Positions 14,201-26,867 of a stretch of 64,000 nucleotides of DNA are shown here, piece after piece. Origin of the DNA: Macrostomum lignano (taxonomy: Eukaryota); NCBI GenBank assembly GCA_002269645.1, contig NIVC01000186.1, positions 248,001-312,000 of the forward strand, given 5' to 3'. Position 1 is the first letter of the stretch. Each line of letters starts with the position of its first letter. Under the pieces are notes generated by a model. The model was given only the letters and a program-made list of their open reading frames with translations, searched no databases and was not told the origin of the DNA. Made by a program: the position numbers and the translations under genes.

Positions 14201-17200
14201 CCCTACGGACCAGGACTGAGCGCACTTGCACTTGCTGTTACTTTGGCCTGAAACTCGGTCAGCAGGGTGCTGCCATCGTTCTCGCAGTTGCTGTTGGTCT
14301 GCGATAGACAGCCCAACAAGTGGTTGACAGATAAAGACCTCAGTGCCGCCACGGCTTCTCGGAACTCCCGTCTGTCATTGAAGCCGCCTCTGCGCCGGAT
14401 GCAGGAAAATCCGTTTTCGACGTGATCCTGTGTTAGCTGTCTCACCATCACCTTCTCAGTACTGTCGACTTGAAGGGCTTGCTCTGCGATTTGCTGAATC
14501 GACCTCAAACTGAATTGCCTGCCAGTATTGAACTTCATTCCGTTCACTTTGACGCCATCCTTGTGAAACTCCAAACCCTGCAACCAGTTACACCAATAAT
14601 CGATTTCGAAATTCTTCGCGTCCCTGTTGTCAATTGTAATTCCATCTCGAGACAGTCTGCCATTTGGCAAATCGCACACAACGGCACACTTCCATTTGCC
14701 TTCATTTATTTTCCAAGACGATCGGCTCGGAAAATGCGTCTGGCCCAGTCTTCGCATCTGAAATTTGAATTTGCGCCAGAATTAAAGATTAGCCATGTTT
14801 TTAATTGTGTGAATTGCGATGCCAGTTGTACAAGGGGTATTTTAAAAGTTCGTAGACTTGGTTGTAGACTTAGTTCGTAGTCAAATGGCTCTTGACTGCT
14901 CCTTGGAGAATGCAGTAAATGCAGTGGGGGGGGGGGTTCAGAGTTTGATCGCAGATTTCTCGCGGTCATTTCAGTCAATTTTGCTAAAAATTTAGCTGCA
15001 GGCTGTAGATATATGGAATAATACTTGTGAAAATTTTCAAGGGCATATGTTTAAGGGGAGATGGCTTCTCTACGAACTTTTGAAAGACCCCTCATATAAT
15101 AAGTTTACTCACCTCTCGCGGCTTGACGGAAATCGATGAAATCGGGTGTCCGGAGGGCACTTGTAGGCATAGTTTGGGCATATATAGGCTGCGCACTGGA
15201 GTCTGGATTTTCCAGCCATGCTGCGCAGAAACGCTAAGACTGAACTTAATTTTCAGTTAAGTGAAAACCTTTCCTTTCCTTTTTCATTTTCATTCATAGA
15301 ATAGTCTATTGCAAAAACTCAAGCCCTACTTATCAAAGCTTCACAACAAGAGTAGGCTGGTGGGATTTTAATTCTTGTACCGATTTTTTAAACAAAAATG
15401 CTCGAATCGGCATTCTGTGTATATTCTGTGCCCCTATCCCCGACTCCAACACTCCAATCCCTGACTCACAACACCTCCCATCCCCTACTCCAACACCTCC
15501 CACCTCGACTCCAACACCTCCAACCTCTATTCCCGATTCCAACATCTCCGACCTCCATTCAAGACTCTTAAAAAGCCACTGGTTGGTCCATGACGCAACT
15601 CGCTACAAAATCTAGTGAAACTGCGCCGCTCACCTCTACAATTTTCTTGAACTCCTCAGTCGCCGATTTAAGTGTTCGCCGTCTGATGGGCACGTTGAAG
15701 AACAGGTCCTCAGCTGTGATGGTGGTGCCCTGGTTGCCTGGCACATATTTTACTGACGCTTTCAGCTTGCCCTCGAAGTACTCGCCTCTGCGTATTACGG
15801 TTGTAGAAATTTAATATTGCTTAGTAAATAACTGACTGCCTACTTGTGCGGTCTGCACGTGGATTTCGAAAGTTTCAATTTAGTTCAAAGCGAGAAAGAT
15901 CGAAGGTTAAAAACAAAGTCTCAAGTGTAAAAAATCTGCACAATAATCCTTTACCACATTGGCCTCTGACTAAAGGTCATAATGTACTTTTTTAAGTGAA
16001 TCCAAGTATCGAAAGTTTCTAGAAAAAGGAGAAGCCTGATTTGAAGAGAATGAATTCGGACATCTTAAAGGTAATTACCAGGTAACATGTTTCCGTCTAT
16101 GCCTATGTCTATGGGCAAGACCAAGTCTACTGCTTTCAAATTAAAATTCTCAACTTGGTTGCTTTAAATATAGCATTTTGCATCTAGTTTGAACAGCGGG
16201 ATTTCTACGAGTAATTGGACGCTTGTAAAATTTACTCGTTAAAAAGGTGAAACGTTTATTTTCTAACAGGTTTGCATTAAACTTCACATGAAAGTTCTCC
16301 TTCATAATACTCCTCTTGGTAAAGCGTTGTCCGCTCTGAACATTTTTTTCCAAATGTTGTACACAAATGACATCCAAGATCCTAGAAATTTCAGCCTCTG
16401 GATCACCAACGACGCTGACAAGCCGAGACATTAATATCTCTTTTTTTCTCTGATAATCTTTGCCTACCTGCAAATCGGATTGTCCATGACCTTTCTGTGC
16501 TATGCTTCTCAAATACTCGTAGACACTTGACGAGGAAGTTTGGAGCCACAGAGTGCATGTTTTTATATCTATTATGCCCAATTAGACTGCCGCATGTCTA
16601 ACTTGATTTCTAATCAGTGTAGTTTTGCTTATGGCCATAGACTACTTTTGATTTTTTACCAAAGATCATACACAAGATGGGCCGCCACTCATTAACCACG
16701 TATGTGGCCATAGAAGCTAATGTGAGAAACTTTGGGTATAGTGCGAAATAGTGCGAAAATCAACTACTGAACTCAATTTCGTCAGTAGTCTCTACGATGC
16801 ATGCATCATTCTTAGTTTGATTGAGTAGCTTGTTTCATTTAATTCAATTGCTTTCATGTCCCAGATTTATTAGTTTTATTTGACAGCGCTGGCACATATT
16901 GATTTCTGGTCAGCCATGCTTTGTGGTCATTCAATTTCGACAGACGTGTTAGCGGTAAGGTGCAGTTTTGATAGCGACAGCAAGGCAGTCTTGGAGTTAC
17001 ATAGGCGTCTTTTTCAAAATGTAGGTTACACAGCTTCAGTTTGTGTTGCCTTACGACGTCATAGGGTTATAGCCTCTTGTTTCAATGCGTCCATCCAACG
17101 CTAAGCGGCAGATTCAAATTTTGGAAAATGGTGCAGAATGACATTTTGATTTAGTTGCGGAGAAAATATACACGAGTTGCAACCACAAGCCCAACAACAT

Positions 17201-18308
17201 CTCGAGTTTAACATTCCAAAATGCTTTATTAGCTTGGCTGACCAAAGCAATATTCATACAGACTACTATAAAGTATTACGACTTCGATAAATAACGGTAA
17301 GCAGTGAACAGGTAGCAGAACAAGTATCGCGGACCCCAGTCTCTCACTCTCACCTGTAAGCGCACTCAGCCTCGGCAGTTTTACTAACAATAGACACGTG
17401 AGCAACGTGGCTAATACTGGCTAGCGCCTCGCCGCGGAATCCGTGCGTATTTAGCGAGCGCAGATCGGTGAAAGCCGCCAGCTTGCTAGTGGTGAATCGT
17501 TCGCAAACAATGGGCATATCGTCGAAACGGATGCCGCAACCGTTGTCAATGATTTGCAACAGCTTATTGCCGCCATCGCGAGCAATTATCTGCGTTTTTT
17601 AATAGTCGGACGAAATAACTGATTATGATTTTGAGACAGATGAACTAAAAATGAAGAATTTATTTTACTTTTAGTAGCTTAGACTAGATAGTGTATATAT
17701 ACCAGTCCTTCAATGAAGAGCCACCGCTACCCTCTCCCGGTCCTTCAATGTAGAGCCACCGCTACCCTCTCCCAGTCCTTCAATGAAGAGCCACCGCTAC
17801 CCTCTCCCAGTCCTTCAATGAAGAGCCACCGCTACCCTCTCCCAGTCCTTCAATGTAGAGCCACCGCTACCCTCTCCCAGTCTGTCAATGTAGAGCCACC
17901 GCTACCCTCTCCCAGTCCGTCAATATAGAGCCACCGCTACCCTCTCCCAGTCTGTCGATGTAGAGCCACCGCTACCCTCTCCCAGTCCTTCAATGTAGAG
18001 CCACCGCTACCCTCTCCCATTCCATCAATAGAGAACCACCACCAAATTTCTCTCCAAAAAATCACTACTCATAAACCTACAACTTCAATTGCAGGTACCA
18101 ATGCAAGGCTATACACATATGCTATACACATATGGTAAATCGAGCACACCTGTACAAGTGTTGACCCAGCATCGATGCTATTCTCTAGCAGCTCTTTTAC
18201 AGCATTAAATGGACGTTGAATGACTTCCCCAGCAGCAATGCGATTCACGACAGTTTCATCTAGTCGTTGGATTCGGGGTAGACTGTCTGGGGCCTGTTGT
18301 TCCGACAT
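8254..18308 (-). CDS. MLH1: DNA mismatch repair protein MLH1 (MutL homolog), multi-exon
   Basis: Exons: 18308-18150 ([33 protein letters not shown]), 17589-17354 ([29 protein letters not shown]), 15787-15634, 13194-12751 ([21 protein letters not shown]), 11784-~11496, probable linker exons 10843-10760 and 10666-10595, ~10179/10168-9743, 9118-9031, 8613-8254. The protein ends YRVFERC-stop, the MLH1-specific C-terminus. Linker junctions are uncertain. Confidence 0.96.
8740..8970. repeat. 40-bp minisatellite in the last MLH1 intron
   Basis: GACACTCCAGATTGTATCTTGGCACCCTAGAGTCAATCT(T/C) repeated. Confidence 0.9.
9215..9690. repeat. 21-bp minisatellite (TGTGTGAATGGCACAGCAGAC), MLH1 intron
   Basis: Tandem array. 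Confidence 0.95.
10272..10430. repeat. Degenerate ~20-bp minisatellite (TTGGCACTCCTAACTCTATC), MLH1 intron
   Basis: Tandem array. Confidence 0.75.
10920..11345. repeat. 22-bp minisatellite (GAGTCAAACACCTCCGATCCCT), MLH1 intron
   Basis: Tandem array. Confidence 0.92.
11838..12720. repeat. 34-bp minisatellite (GCCATAGACAATTGCAATACATTCTACACTTGAA), MLH1 intron 4
   Basis: Tandem array filling most of the intron. Confidence 0.95.
13418..13731. repeat. 21-bp minisatellite (ACACCTCCCATCCCCGACTCA); continues at 15431-15560 on the far side of the P element
   Basis: The same unit flanks both TIRs. Confidence 0.9.
13732..15430 (-). mobile_element. Internally deleted P-element (THAP-transposase) DNA transposon in MLH1 intron 3
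   Basis: Perfect 22-bp TIR CACAGAATATACACAGAATGCC at both ends, plus a subterminal IR CTACTCTTGTTGTGAAG. A THAP-like exon at 15219-15113 reads [22 protein letters not shown]. The ORF at 14757-14203 has the P-transposase C-terminal motif [23 protein letters not shown]. Confidence 0.85.
17701..18030. repeat. 35-bp minisatellite (GAGCCACCGCTACCCTCTCCCAGTCCTTCAATG(A/T)A), MLH1 intron 1
   Basis: Tandem array. Confidence 0.93.
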
Positions 18309-19422
18309 CTTTACACTAAACAACTTCTCAAATGTTTAAATAGCTTGAAGGCAGCAAAAAGGTATATTGGAATAAATTCTTAAAAATTATATTTACTAGC
18401 ACAAAAAGTTCCTTTGGCAATATCTCCATAGTAAAACAAACAAATAAGTTTTAAAATATATTTTTGTTCAAAAGTAGGATAATTTTTAGAGCAATGGAAA
18501 AATCAAGAAAAAATTACTCATCTCTAACTTTTAATGCATTTCTTTGATACTAGAGTATTAGATAGCCAGATTATTAGGTAGTTAATACTAGATTTGCCAT
18601 TTGCCAACCTTGAAAAATGCCTACCAACTATTTTCAATCTTTTTGCCACAGTTAAAATTTATAAACAGCCAAGTTTAAATTATTAACATAAGTCCTTTAG
18701 AAGTACTAGCTGTTAACTAGTATTATTACTAGTACTATAGTACTACTTAAAATATGCTAAAAAACTTTGTTTGGTGATAAAAAATGACCATCAGCATAGT
18801 TTATGCTCTGACTATATGTTCAGTTGTTTTAGAATTCATAAACAGCTATATGAAAAATATAGAACTAAAAGTTTGAAAAATATTGCTTTATGCAGCTTTG
18901 TCCTATCTATTATAGTTCAAAAGTTACAAGTGCTTAAAGTTCAAAAACATAATAAGACCCTCTTGTGGAATGACCCTATAACAATATGGCATTTTTAATT
19001 CAATTTCAATTAATTTTCAATGAAAATATATAATTTTATGTATAATATAATTTATATCTTAAAGAAAAATATTTAAAAGTACAATAGCATATAGATTAGA
19101 TTAAATGTCCAAACAAATTATTATGATAGGCTCTATTAATTTTTATCTAGGTCTAGTTATTCAAAACAAAGTTGATACATATTGCTATATAGGAAGCTAT
19201 AAAACTAGTTATAAAGAAAAATTTTTAAATGTTATCTTGATGCCTCTTTTTAGCTATTTATATATGAGATTTTTTTGTAGAAAAGTCAATGAACAAAAAT
19301 CAATAAAAAATAAGATTTATCAAATGTAACAATTGACTGAAATAGATGATAATCAATTTTAAAAATATCTTTAGAATTTTTATTTTATAAACTATTATGA
19401 AAAAAATATTCAATACATTCAT

Positions 19423-20120
19423 CAAGGACGACTTAAGTAGAAGGACGGGAAACCTCGTTTCTTAGAAATTTTTTGAAGGCACTTTTTCCCGAAAAAATAC
19501 ACTGCGGAGATAGGAAATTTTCATTTTTTCAGCACAAAAATTGCTATAACTTTTGATAGGAGGCAGATCCAGTGTTGATCTTTTGATATGTTGTGCCTTT
19601 TTTATTGCTCTATCGATATTTATAAAGCTTTCCATTCAGAAAATTAGGATTCTATGTTAATTTTTTCTTCTACGTATATTTTCATGTGTCTTGTGCTTGA
19701 AATACATTAGAATGCCACGGCTTGGCTCTTTGATTTTATGAGTCTATTTTATCCTTCTTACCTGACTGTATAGCAAATAGTCGTAACATAGATGATAAAA
19801 TAGATTCATAAAACCAAATATTAGAGCTGTGTCATGCATTTTTGTGATTTTTAGATACAGGAAATATACGTAGAATAAAAAATTAACATAGAATCCTAAT
19901 TTTCTGAACGGAAAGCTTTATAAATATCGATAGAGCAATAAAAAAGGCACAACATATCAAAAGATCAACACTGGATCTGCCTCCTATCAAAAGTTATAGC
20001 AATTTTTGTGCTGAAAAAATGAAAATTTCCTATCTCCGCAGTGTATTTTTTCGGGAAAAAGTGCCTTCAAAAATTTTCTAAGAAACGAGGTTTCCCGTCC
20101 TTCTACTTAAGTCGTCCTTG
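19423..20120. mobile_element. Foldback MITE (698 bp) with ~260-bp near-perfect TIRs starting CAAGG and an 8-bp TSD ACATTCAT (P- or hAT-type)
   Basis: 19423-~19683 is the reverse complement of ~19860-20120. ACATTCAT occurs at 19415-19422 and at 20121-20128. Confidence 0.92.
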
Positions 20121-20131
20121 ACATTCATATG

Positions 20132-20294
20132 CAACCTTGGGAATCACTTAGCCATTTCTATTAGCAACACACAAAACATGCATGTAAGTCGCTATAGATT
20201 AAAAGCAGTCACATGACTAGGCCTACTATTCTGTCCAATAGTGACATACATGTGTATGTTGCCAATAGAAATGGCCAAGTGAATCCTAAGGTTG
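20132..20294. repeat. Degenerate inverted repeat (small MITE relic)
   Basis: CAACCTTGGGAATCACTTAGCCATTTCTATTAGCAAC pairs imperfectly with GTTGCCAATAGAAATGGCCAAGTGAATCCTAAGGTTG. Confidence 0.6.
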
Positions 20295-21752
20295 TGCCCA
20301 AGCATGATTCAATAAATTAAAATAAAATTTAACTTTAAATAAATTATTTAGATTAGGCGCCTAGTTCATGCAACTCTAAACCAATACTATAGAAGTTTAG
20401 TAGAAATTTAATATGATTATTAGGCCTATTATATCTCTTTTTAGGACAATTTTAATTTATACAATAGAGATTATAAGGCTTAGAATGATACAGAAATTTA
20501 TAAGACCAAAGACTATTTAATAGCTCATATTAGACTAATCATATAGTTATAATATTCTTAGTAACTTAAAAAACCTACTGTTTAATTTTTTTAAATATAT
20601 TGGTATATTATATAATTCAAGAATATAAATGAGGCTCAGCTTCTAGAATTTTGGATTGTCCCACTGAGAATAATATTAGTATAGTATAAATTATAAAATG
20701 GTTAAAAGACCTAGACCCAAATTGGATAGGCCTAGCATAGGCATAAATCATAAATATGGTCTAGTCTGGTTCCAGAATAGATAATTAATTACCTAGCCAC
20801 TAATATAATAGGCCTAGTAATGTATTATAATAATTATTGATATTGTAGGGGCCTACATACATTGCATGGTTAAAAAACCTAGATAGTAATGATTAGTAGG
20901 CTTCATATCTTAGTTGAGACTGACTGACCAATCTTGATTCTTAAACTATAAAAAGCTCTGTAGCAGTTTTAATCCTTATTGTCATGAGATGTTGGCTATA
21001 TGTGTCTGTGGCTGTAGTTGGGCATTGGGTCAGGCCCAGCATAGGGCTGTTGGTAATTTTTTTTAGTTGAGGATTGTTTAAGTTAGCTAAATTGCTACAT
21101 TTATTGTATCCCAGACGAAATTCTCCACTGCCTCTACTATTACTATTCCTACGAGGCTACGCACGAGTAAGTCAGTCAGTTACGGCGTTCTGCAATTGCA
21201 AGAGCTGCGCTGGAGGCTTAAAGCGGCCTGTACGAGCTCACGCTGGTCGAGCATTAAATTTAAAGCAAAAATATTAAAATTTATCAAATATAACAAAAAA
21301 CAATGTTAGTTCAAAGGAACCAACATTTATATAATCCAATTGCTTGCAGTTAATAAAATGATTTATGTTTATCCATAATTTTTTCTTTCCTGTGAGTAAT
21401 TAGGTGAAGGTTGCACTCTAAGGTAAATTATCATCGCATGAGTTCACATGGCAGAGTTTGCTAGATGGAGCGCAACACTTAAAACAGATGTGCGCGTAAC
21501 GCTTATCAAATAAATGACAAAAAAAACATATTCTTCTTGTATAATTTATTAACCCGCAACCCCACAAAGCAGCGAAAGGAAGGCAAAGGCGGCGGGCTGG
21601 CAGCAAGCACAAAGCAGCGACAGCGACGTGGTGGGGAAGGCGACCCGACCCCTTCGGATGTTGCATTTATTTTGCGCAATACACGTGCGTACGTCGATTT
21701 CAAAATTGATCGATAAAACGGGGGAGAATAAAACAAGATAAATAAAAAATAG

Positions 21753-21912
21753 GAGCACTTGCACGCAGACGGTCAAGCCAGAAAGTACTGGGTTTAAGAA
21801 CCCCGGCACGCGGCGGAGGGGGGCGGGGAGCTAGAGGTGGGCGAAGGGGGAGGGGTGGGGTTAACACACTTTACACTGAGGCCCACGGAGCAGGCCTAGT
21901 GTAAAGTAGACA
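21753..21912 (+). repeat. Dispersed ~160-bp repeat (G-rich tract plus 13-bp hairpin), copy 1
   Basis: Near-identical to 48181-48336. Hairpin TTTACACTGAGGCC-CACGGAGCA-GGCCTAGTGTAAA. Confidence 0.8.
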
Positions 21913-22710
21913 ACATTCAAACATTGCAGTTTGTGAGATATCAGTCGCAACTCCTTGACAAGGTACTTTACGCAGTGAAGTCAAATTTAGGTGGCAGGTT
22001 GGAACTAATTCATTGTAAGCCCCGAATGTTGTTGTCTTTTAGCATTTTTTGCTGTTTGTTCGTTTAAAAAATGTTACTTATTATCCGGACGGACTTTAAT
22101 TGCAAGGAAAAATAATGCAAAAATCCACACGTAAATGAAGCTACCTGGTAGCTAATTACATGTACATTAACGACAATGATTAACTTTTGTTCTTTTTCTG
22201 ATTAATTCAACGGCGAAAGAGTCTTTTTTAATTTACTGTCTCTACTCATATATACAAATGGACTGTATATGCAAAGTGATTTGTTACTGTCCTCGTTGAA
22301 GCAGAATCATAATCTACTGGTAGGGTTCTCTACGGTAGATTAGAAGCACATTTCACGAGTATATAGATGTAGTTTTCTACGCAGATTCTTCTCGATCTGG
22401 GGTAGATCGAGGGTAAAATCCAAGACGGTATTCAAAAGACTAATCTTTTCGAAATTGAGAAAAACTGAAAAACATAACAGTTTTTTTTCAAAGTAATGTA
22501 AATTTTGAATTAGTCTTTAAAAAACACATATTGCTTCAGAATAGCAAACAATCGAGGCTAGTATTGTCAACTTAGTTCTAAAAATCTGGAGAATTCCAAA
22601 CTGGCACATTTATTTATGACGATTCAACGCAGCGAAAACCGGCCTGCAGTGAAATTCAGGTCCACGACATATTGCACTGTCCCAAATTCGACTGCTACTA
22701 TCTGACCTCC

Positions 22711-22774
22711 CTTTAATCCTACCGACCCTAACCCTAACATCAAATAGTTAGGGTTAGGGTTGGTAGGATTAAAG
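22711..22774. repeat. 28-bp-arm palindrome containing CCCTAA/TTAGGG telomeric units
   Basis: CTTTAATCCTACCGACCCTAACCCTAAC-ATCAAATA-GTTAGGGTTAGGGTTGGTAGGATTAAAG, with 1 mismatch. Confidence 0.85.
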
Positions 22775-25700
22775 CAGTCAAATGTGACGATTCTGACGAT
22801 TTTTTGAGAGTGTACGTAGCGTCCTATTTTAGCTGTCCATGACAACGCATGGCATGTATATTCGACACATAGGATTCTATGATACACCAGTGTACATATG
22901 GCTGGATGTGAACCAGACTAACAGAAAATCTAGGCAAACAAAAATCTACAAAAAGTGTGACCCTGGTAGTTCCACATAAGCTGCAGAAGCGACCATCCGC
23001 CTATCCGCCCATTTATTTAGCATTGATTCTCAGCTAGCGTCAACCGACTTTGTCTGTGGTGAAACTCTATTCAGCGCTGTGCTCTCTACATGGATGGACA
23101 CCATCCTGGCCGTCCTTCAGTCCGATGCACTGCCTGACCGTCACAGGCTCGACTGTGGCAGGCGGTGGTCGCGAGACCTTTCTGTTGACGTACAACGCTA
23201 AGACTTGGACGCTGTCTCTGGAGCGTCAGTTGGACTCGGTGCACTCGGGGGCTGCTCCATGCGAAATTTTGAGCTGACGAGAGCGTTGGGACTGAGGCTC
23301 TGTACCAGAGGGCCTGGCTGCAACGCCCGTCTAAAACCTTGCCATGTGTTAGCGACTTCAACTGGCGGGCGACGTGAGGACGTCCTGCTTTTAATCTTTG
23401 CAGGGCTCATTTAGCTAGACTGGGCCAGGCCTAAACCTGAATGTGTCGATATGTGAACTACCTGATGTGCGACGCCGGAGCGCCCGACACCGCTGGCGGA
23501 TCGAATTGCGCTGCGGTGCGCCATCTGATCGACGCACCCTGACCGCCTGACTTTACTGGATTTTTTGCGTATGTGTGTTTGTGTGTGCGTGTGTGTGTGA
23601 TCGGAAACATCCCACTCAAGCGATCCACTGCGGGTGGGCCGCCATGAGGAGGTTTTTCACCATCGCCTCCTTGCCCAGGTCAGAGACCGACTCCATCCCT
23701 AGACGTTTGCAGAGGACGTCTCAACGCGCACAACTCCACCAGTGGTCTTTACTTTCGCACTCACCGCAATACGCCACCACCGGCTCCAAATTGACCTTCT
23801 GCCTTCAGTAACTGGTGGATCCGCAGTGTCCCATCCTAAGCTGTGCCAATAACGTTGCCGTCCGTCTACCGGCTTCAGCCTGCTCGATCCTGCTCTATCG
23901 ACTGCTCTAAGTCGCGCATCGAACGTCTCGGGTCTCCAACGGTCTCGCAGATGTATTTTCATCACCTCGAACCCCACAGCCGTTCTGCTCCGGTCTAGTT
24001 GCGCCACTTACTTTGCTAACTCGTCCGCTCTGGTTATTGCAGTTAGAGAATACTAAATGCACTGGCAACACGACAAATATACCCTCCTTACCGGCCTCTT
24101 ACCCATTTCTAAAAAATCGAGTGCAGCATCCTTCTACAGTTTGGTTTTTCAGCTATAATCTAAAGTTCGAAATCATATTTAATACAAATCGATGTTCTAT
24201 ATCAAACTTTCATTATAATAGTTGAGGCTTTCAAATAGTTAACTAACAGTTAAGCTAATAGTTAAACTAACACTTTCAAATAAATAAGCCGGATGTATTG
24301 CTGCAGATCGAGGAATCGCATATTTATTTAAAATTGAACTGAAATCATGTGTATGAGTATTATTCGTAAGGCAAAATAGTAAACTTGGGTATCTACACAA
24401 TTGAATAAGCAGCAGTTAACATTGATCGATTTGTTTTAACCAGCTCGCGCAGTTTTAGCTGCTGTCGACCGGGGCTACGCTCGTACCTGGAATTGGTTAA
24501 TTGAGATGTTTTAGGCACAAATTAATTTTTACCAAGTGCACATTAGATAGCTACATATGCGCAGAATCGGGGATTTAGGGAATATTTAGTTGGTCTCCGC
24601 TTCAAGCATTTCCCGCCCGGTTGATACGTTGAGGTTGTCTGGTGCCAGCGCCAGAGACCGCCTGCGTGATGCTACCAGGACGGCTAATTGGCGTCCCTGG
24701 CTGGCTGGGAATCGCACCAGAAAACCTGACATATCACGGGGCGAGGCGGCGGCAGCTACTCGGCACTCCATCTCGCGCGTTGGCCGCTCGATACACCAGC
24801 CGGCAAGCTTATCTACAGAGAGTTCAATTGACTTTGAGCCGTGCCGCTACTGCCGATGCCGAACGAATTCGCGAATGCTTCTCTCGAGTTACAGCTGGTG
24901 GTTGAGGAAGAGAGAGAAAGAAAATACAGAGACCAGAGAGGGAGGGAGAGAGACTGGCGGCGTGGATCCGGATAATTTGAGCATTTTATAGACACAACTC
25001 GAGAGTAGACTTCCCCCTCGCTCCATTCGGTCTGGCCTGTTGCCCGACGCTGAGGGGGTTGAAGGCACAGTCCCCGGGTGAGGGAGTTCCGTCTAGGATG
25101 GAGGTTATGGGGTGCCGCTGTGGGGGAGGGGTAGACGGGGACCGAGGGGGAGCTTGGAGGAAGCAAATTGAGCTCAGAGGGGGGAGGGAGTGGTTCGAGG
25201 ATTCGAAGCGCGGGTCTGTGAGGAGTGGCGGCGGCCAGCTGCCAGCGCTTATCGGTCAGATGATAAAGCAGCAGCAGCAGCAGCAGCAGCAGCACTCGCT
25301 AGTCCAAAAGCCGCTGAAGGGAGCCGCTGCCACTACAGAAGGTTCTCCCACTTGTTTAGGAGCGGAACGCATAGAGCAGATAGGCGGATGAATGCGGGAC
25401 GGGGGGCAACCAGTGCCAGCTTTGACTGAAGCTCGGAAACACTGGCAGGCACGGAGTCTACATGGCGGGTTGGGGGTGGGGACTCAAGATGAGAAAGGAT
25501 ACGAGCTCGATTCTGATGGGTGATGATCCAACTGAGCGGTGGAGCGAGAGAGGGGGAGCCATCCAACACAGTTGCCCCCACCAGATCCACTTGTTGACTT
25601 ATGGGAATTGGAATAATTTACCCCCACTCCCTTTGCCCAGATCAGCCAGGATCCCAAGCCAGCCCCCCCGCAAGTCTCCCAGAGGGATCCCAGCCCGGTT

Positions 25701-26021
25701 TTCTAAGCTTAGCCCACCCGGAAGTCAGCCATCATTGCCAAGCTGCGGGGCCCAGCCGCAAACGGATGGCCCACGGTCGAACCCAGCCAGTCCCAAATGT
25801 GATGACCAAGGGCTAATTATTATTCCAAACGATAAAAAACAACGCGATGCAAAAACTACCGCCTGGTCCCTACATTTTTTGATAGCGGCCTGGAGGTCAC
25901 TCTTGACCCCTCCCCCTGACAGCGCTTATGCTCAATTGGGATTCAGCCTCATCTACATCGAGGGAAGGGAGCGAAATGAGCAGCGCTGACGGCTCAGTTC
26001 CGACCATCTGGCGTCGACTTA

Positions 26022-26024
<3 letters not shown>

Positions 26025-26091
<67 letters not shown>
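26025..26091. repeat. (CT)n microsatellite
   Basis: Seen directly. Confidence 0.95.
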
Positions 26092-26094
<3 letters not shown>

Positions 26095-26680
26095 GGCTTG
26101 GCAATCTGCCGGATTCAATGTGAATGAAGCGGCATTTGGCAAGCGCAAATATATGGAAAAAATATCGAGCACAACGCCCAGTAAGTCTCGAAATTGGAGC
26201 TTCCAGCTAAAATGCAGACTAATTCATCAGCTGTACGAAACTGGCGAGGTGCACCGTAAAATATCTGATATATTCACTGCAGATAGAGGTGCTTTCAGTG
26301 AAGCTCGTTTGAGGAGTTTGTACGAGAGTAACTCCAGAAATCATAAGAAATCATAAGAAAGAAAACGGCACATTTTTGCTCTAACAAATCGATACGATAG
26401 AAAAGTTTTTCAATTTGTTTAGCCGTTTTTGCAGTTAGCAAAACTGACTACTATTATTTCTTTGCTAAGTAGTATCTTGAATTTTTCTTTAAATGAATCG
26501 AAAAAAGCTTTCGAAAAATGCATTTAAAACTTTTGAGTGAGTGTTGGCACTATCCCCTTGAGTGCGTCGGAAAGAATGACGGAGTTAGGAGAGAACTGGT
26601 TTACAAAACACCAAAACTGTTTTTCAGGAGTGCAGACTTCCGAACTGCTTTGTATCATTGAATAGAGTGAAAAATATCAA

Positions 26681-26761
<81 letters not shown>

Positions 26762-26764
26762 GCC

Positions 26765-26849
<85 letters not shown>

Positions 26850-26867
26850 TAGTGTCTGTCTGTCTGC
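26681..26867. repeat. (GTCT)n microsatellite
   Basis: Seen directly. Confidence 0.95.

Noticed and set aside
16150-16581. 143-aa ORF in MLH1 intron 2
   Set aside because: No recognisable motif and no matching TIR pair was found. It may be a transposon relic but cannot be supported.
22711-22774. Telomere-telomere fusion scar
   Set aside because: The orientation is CCCTAA then TTAGGG (opposite to a fusion junction), and there are only two units per arm.
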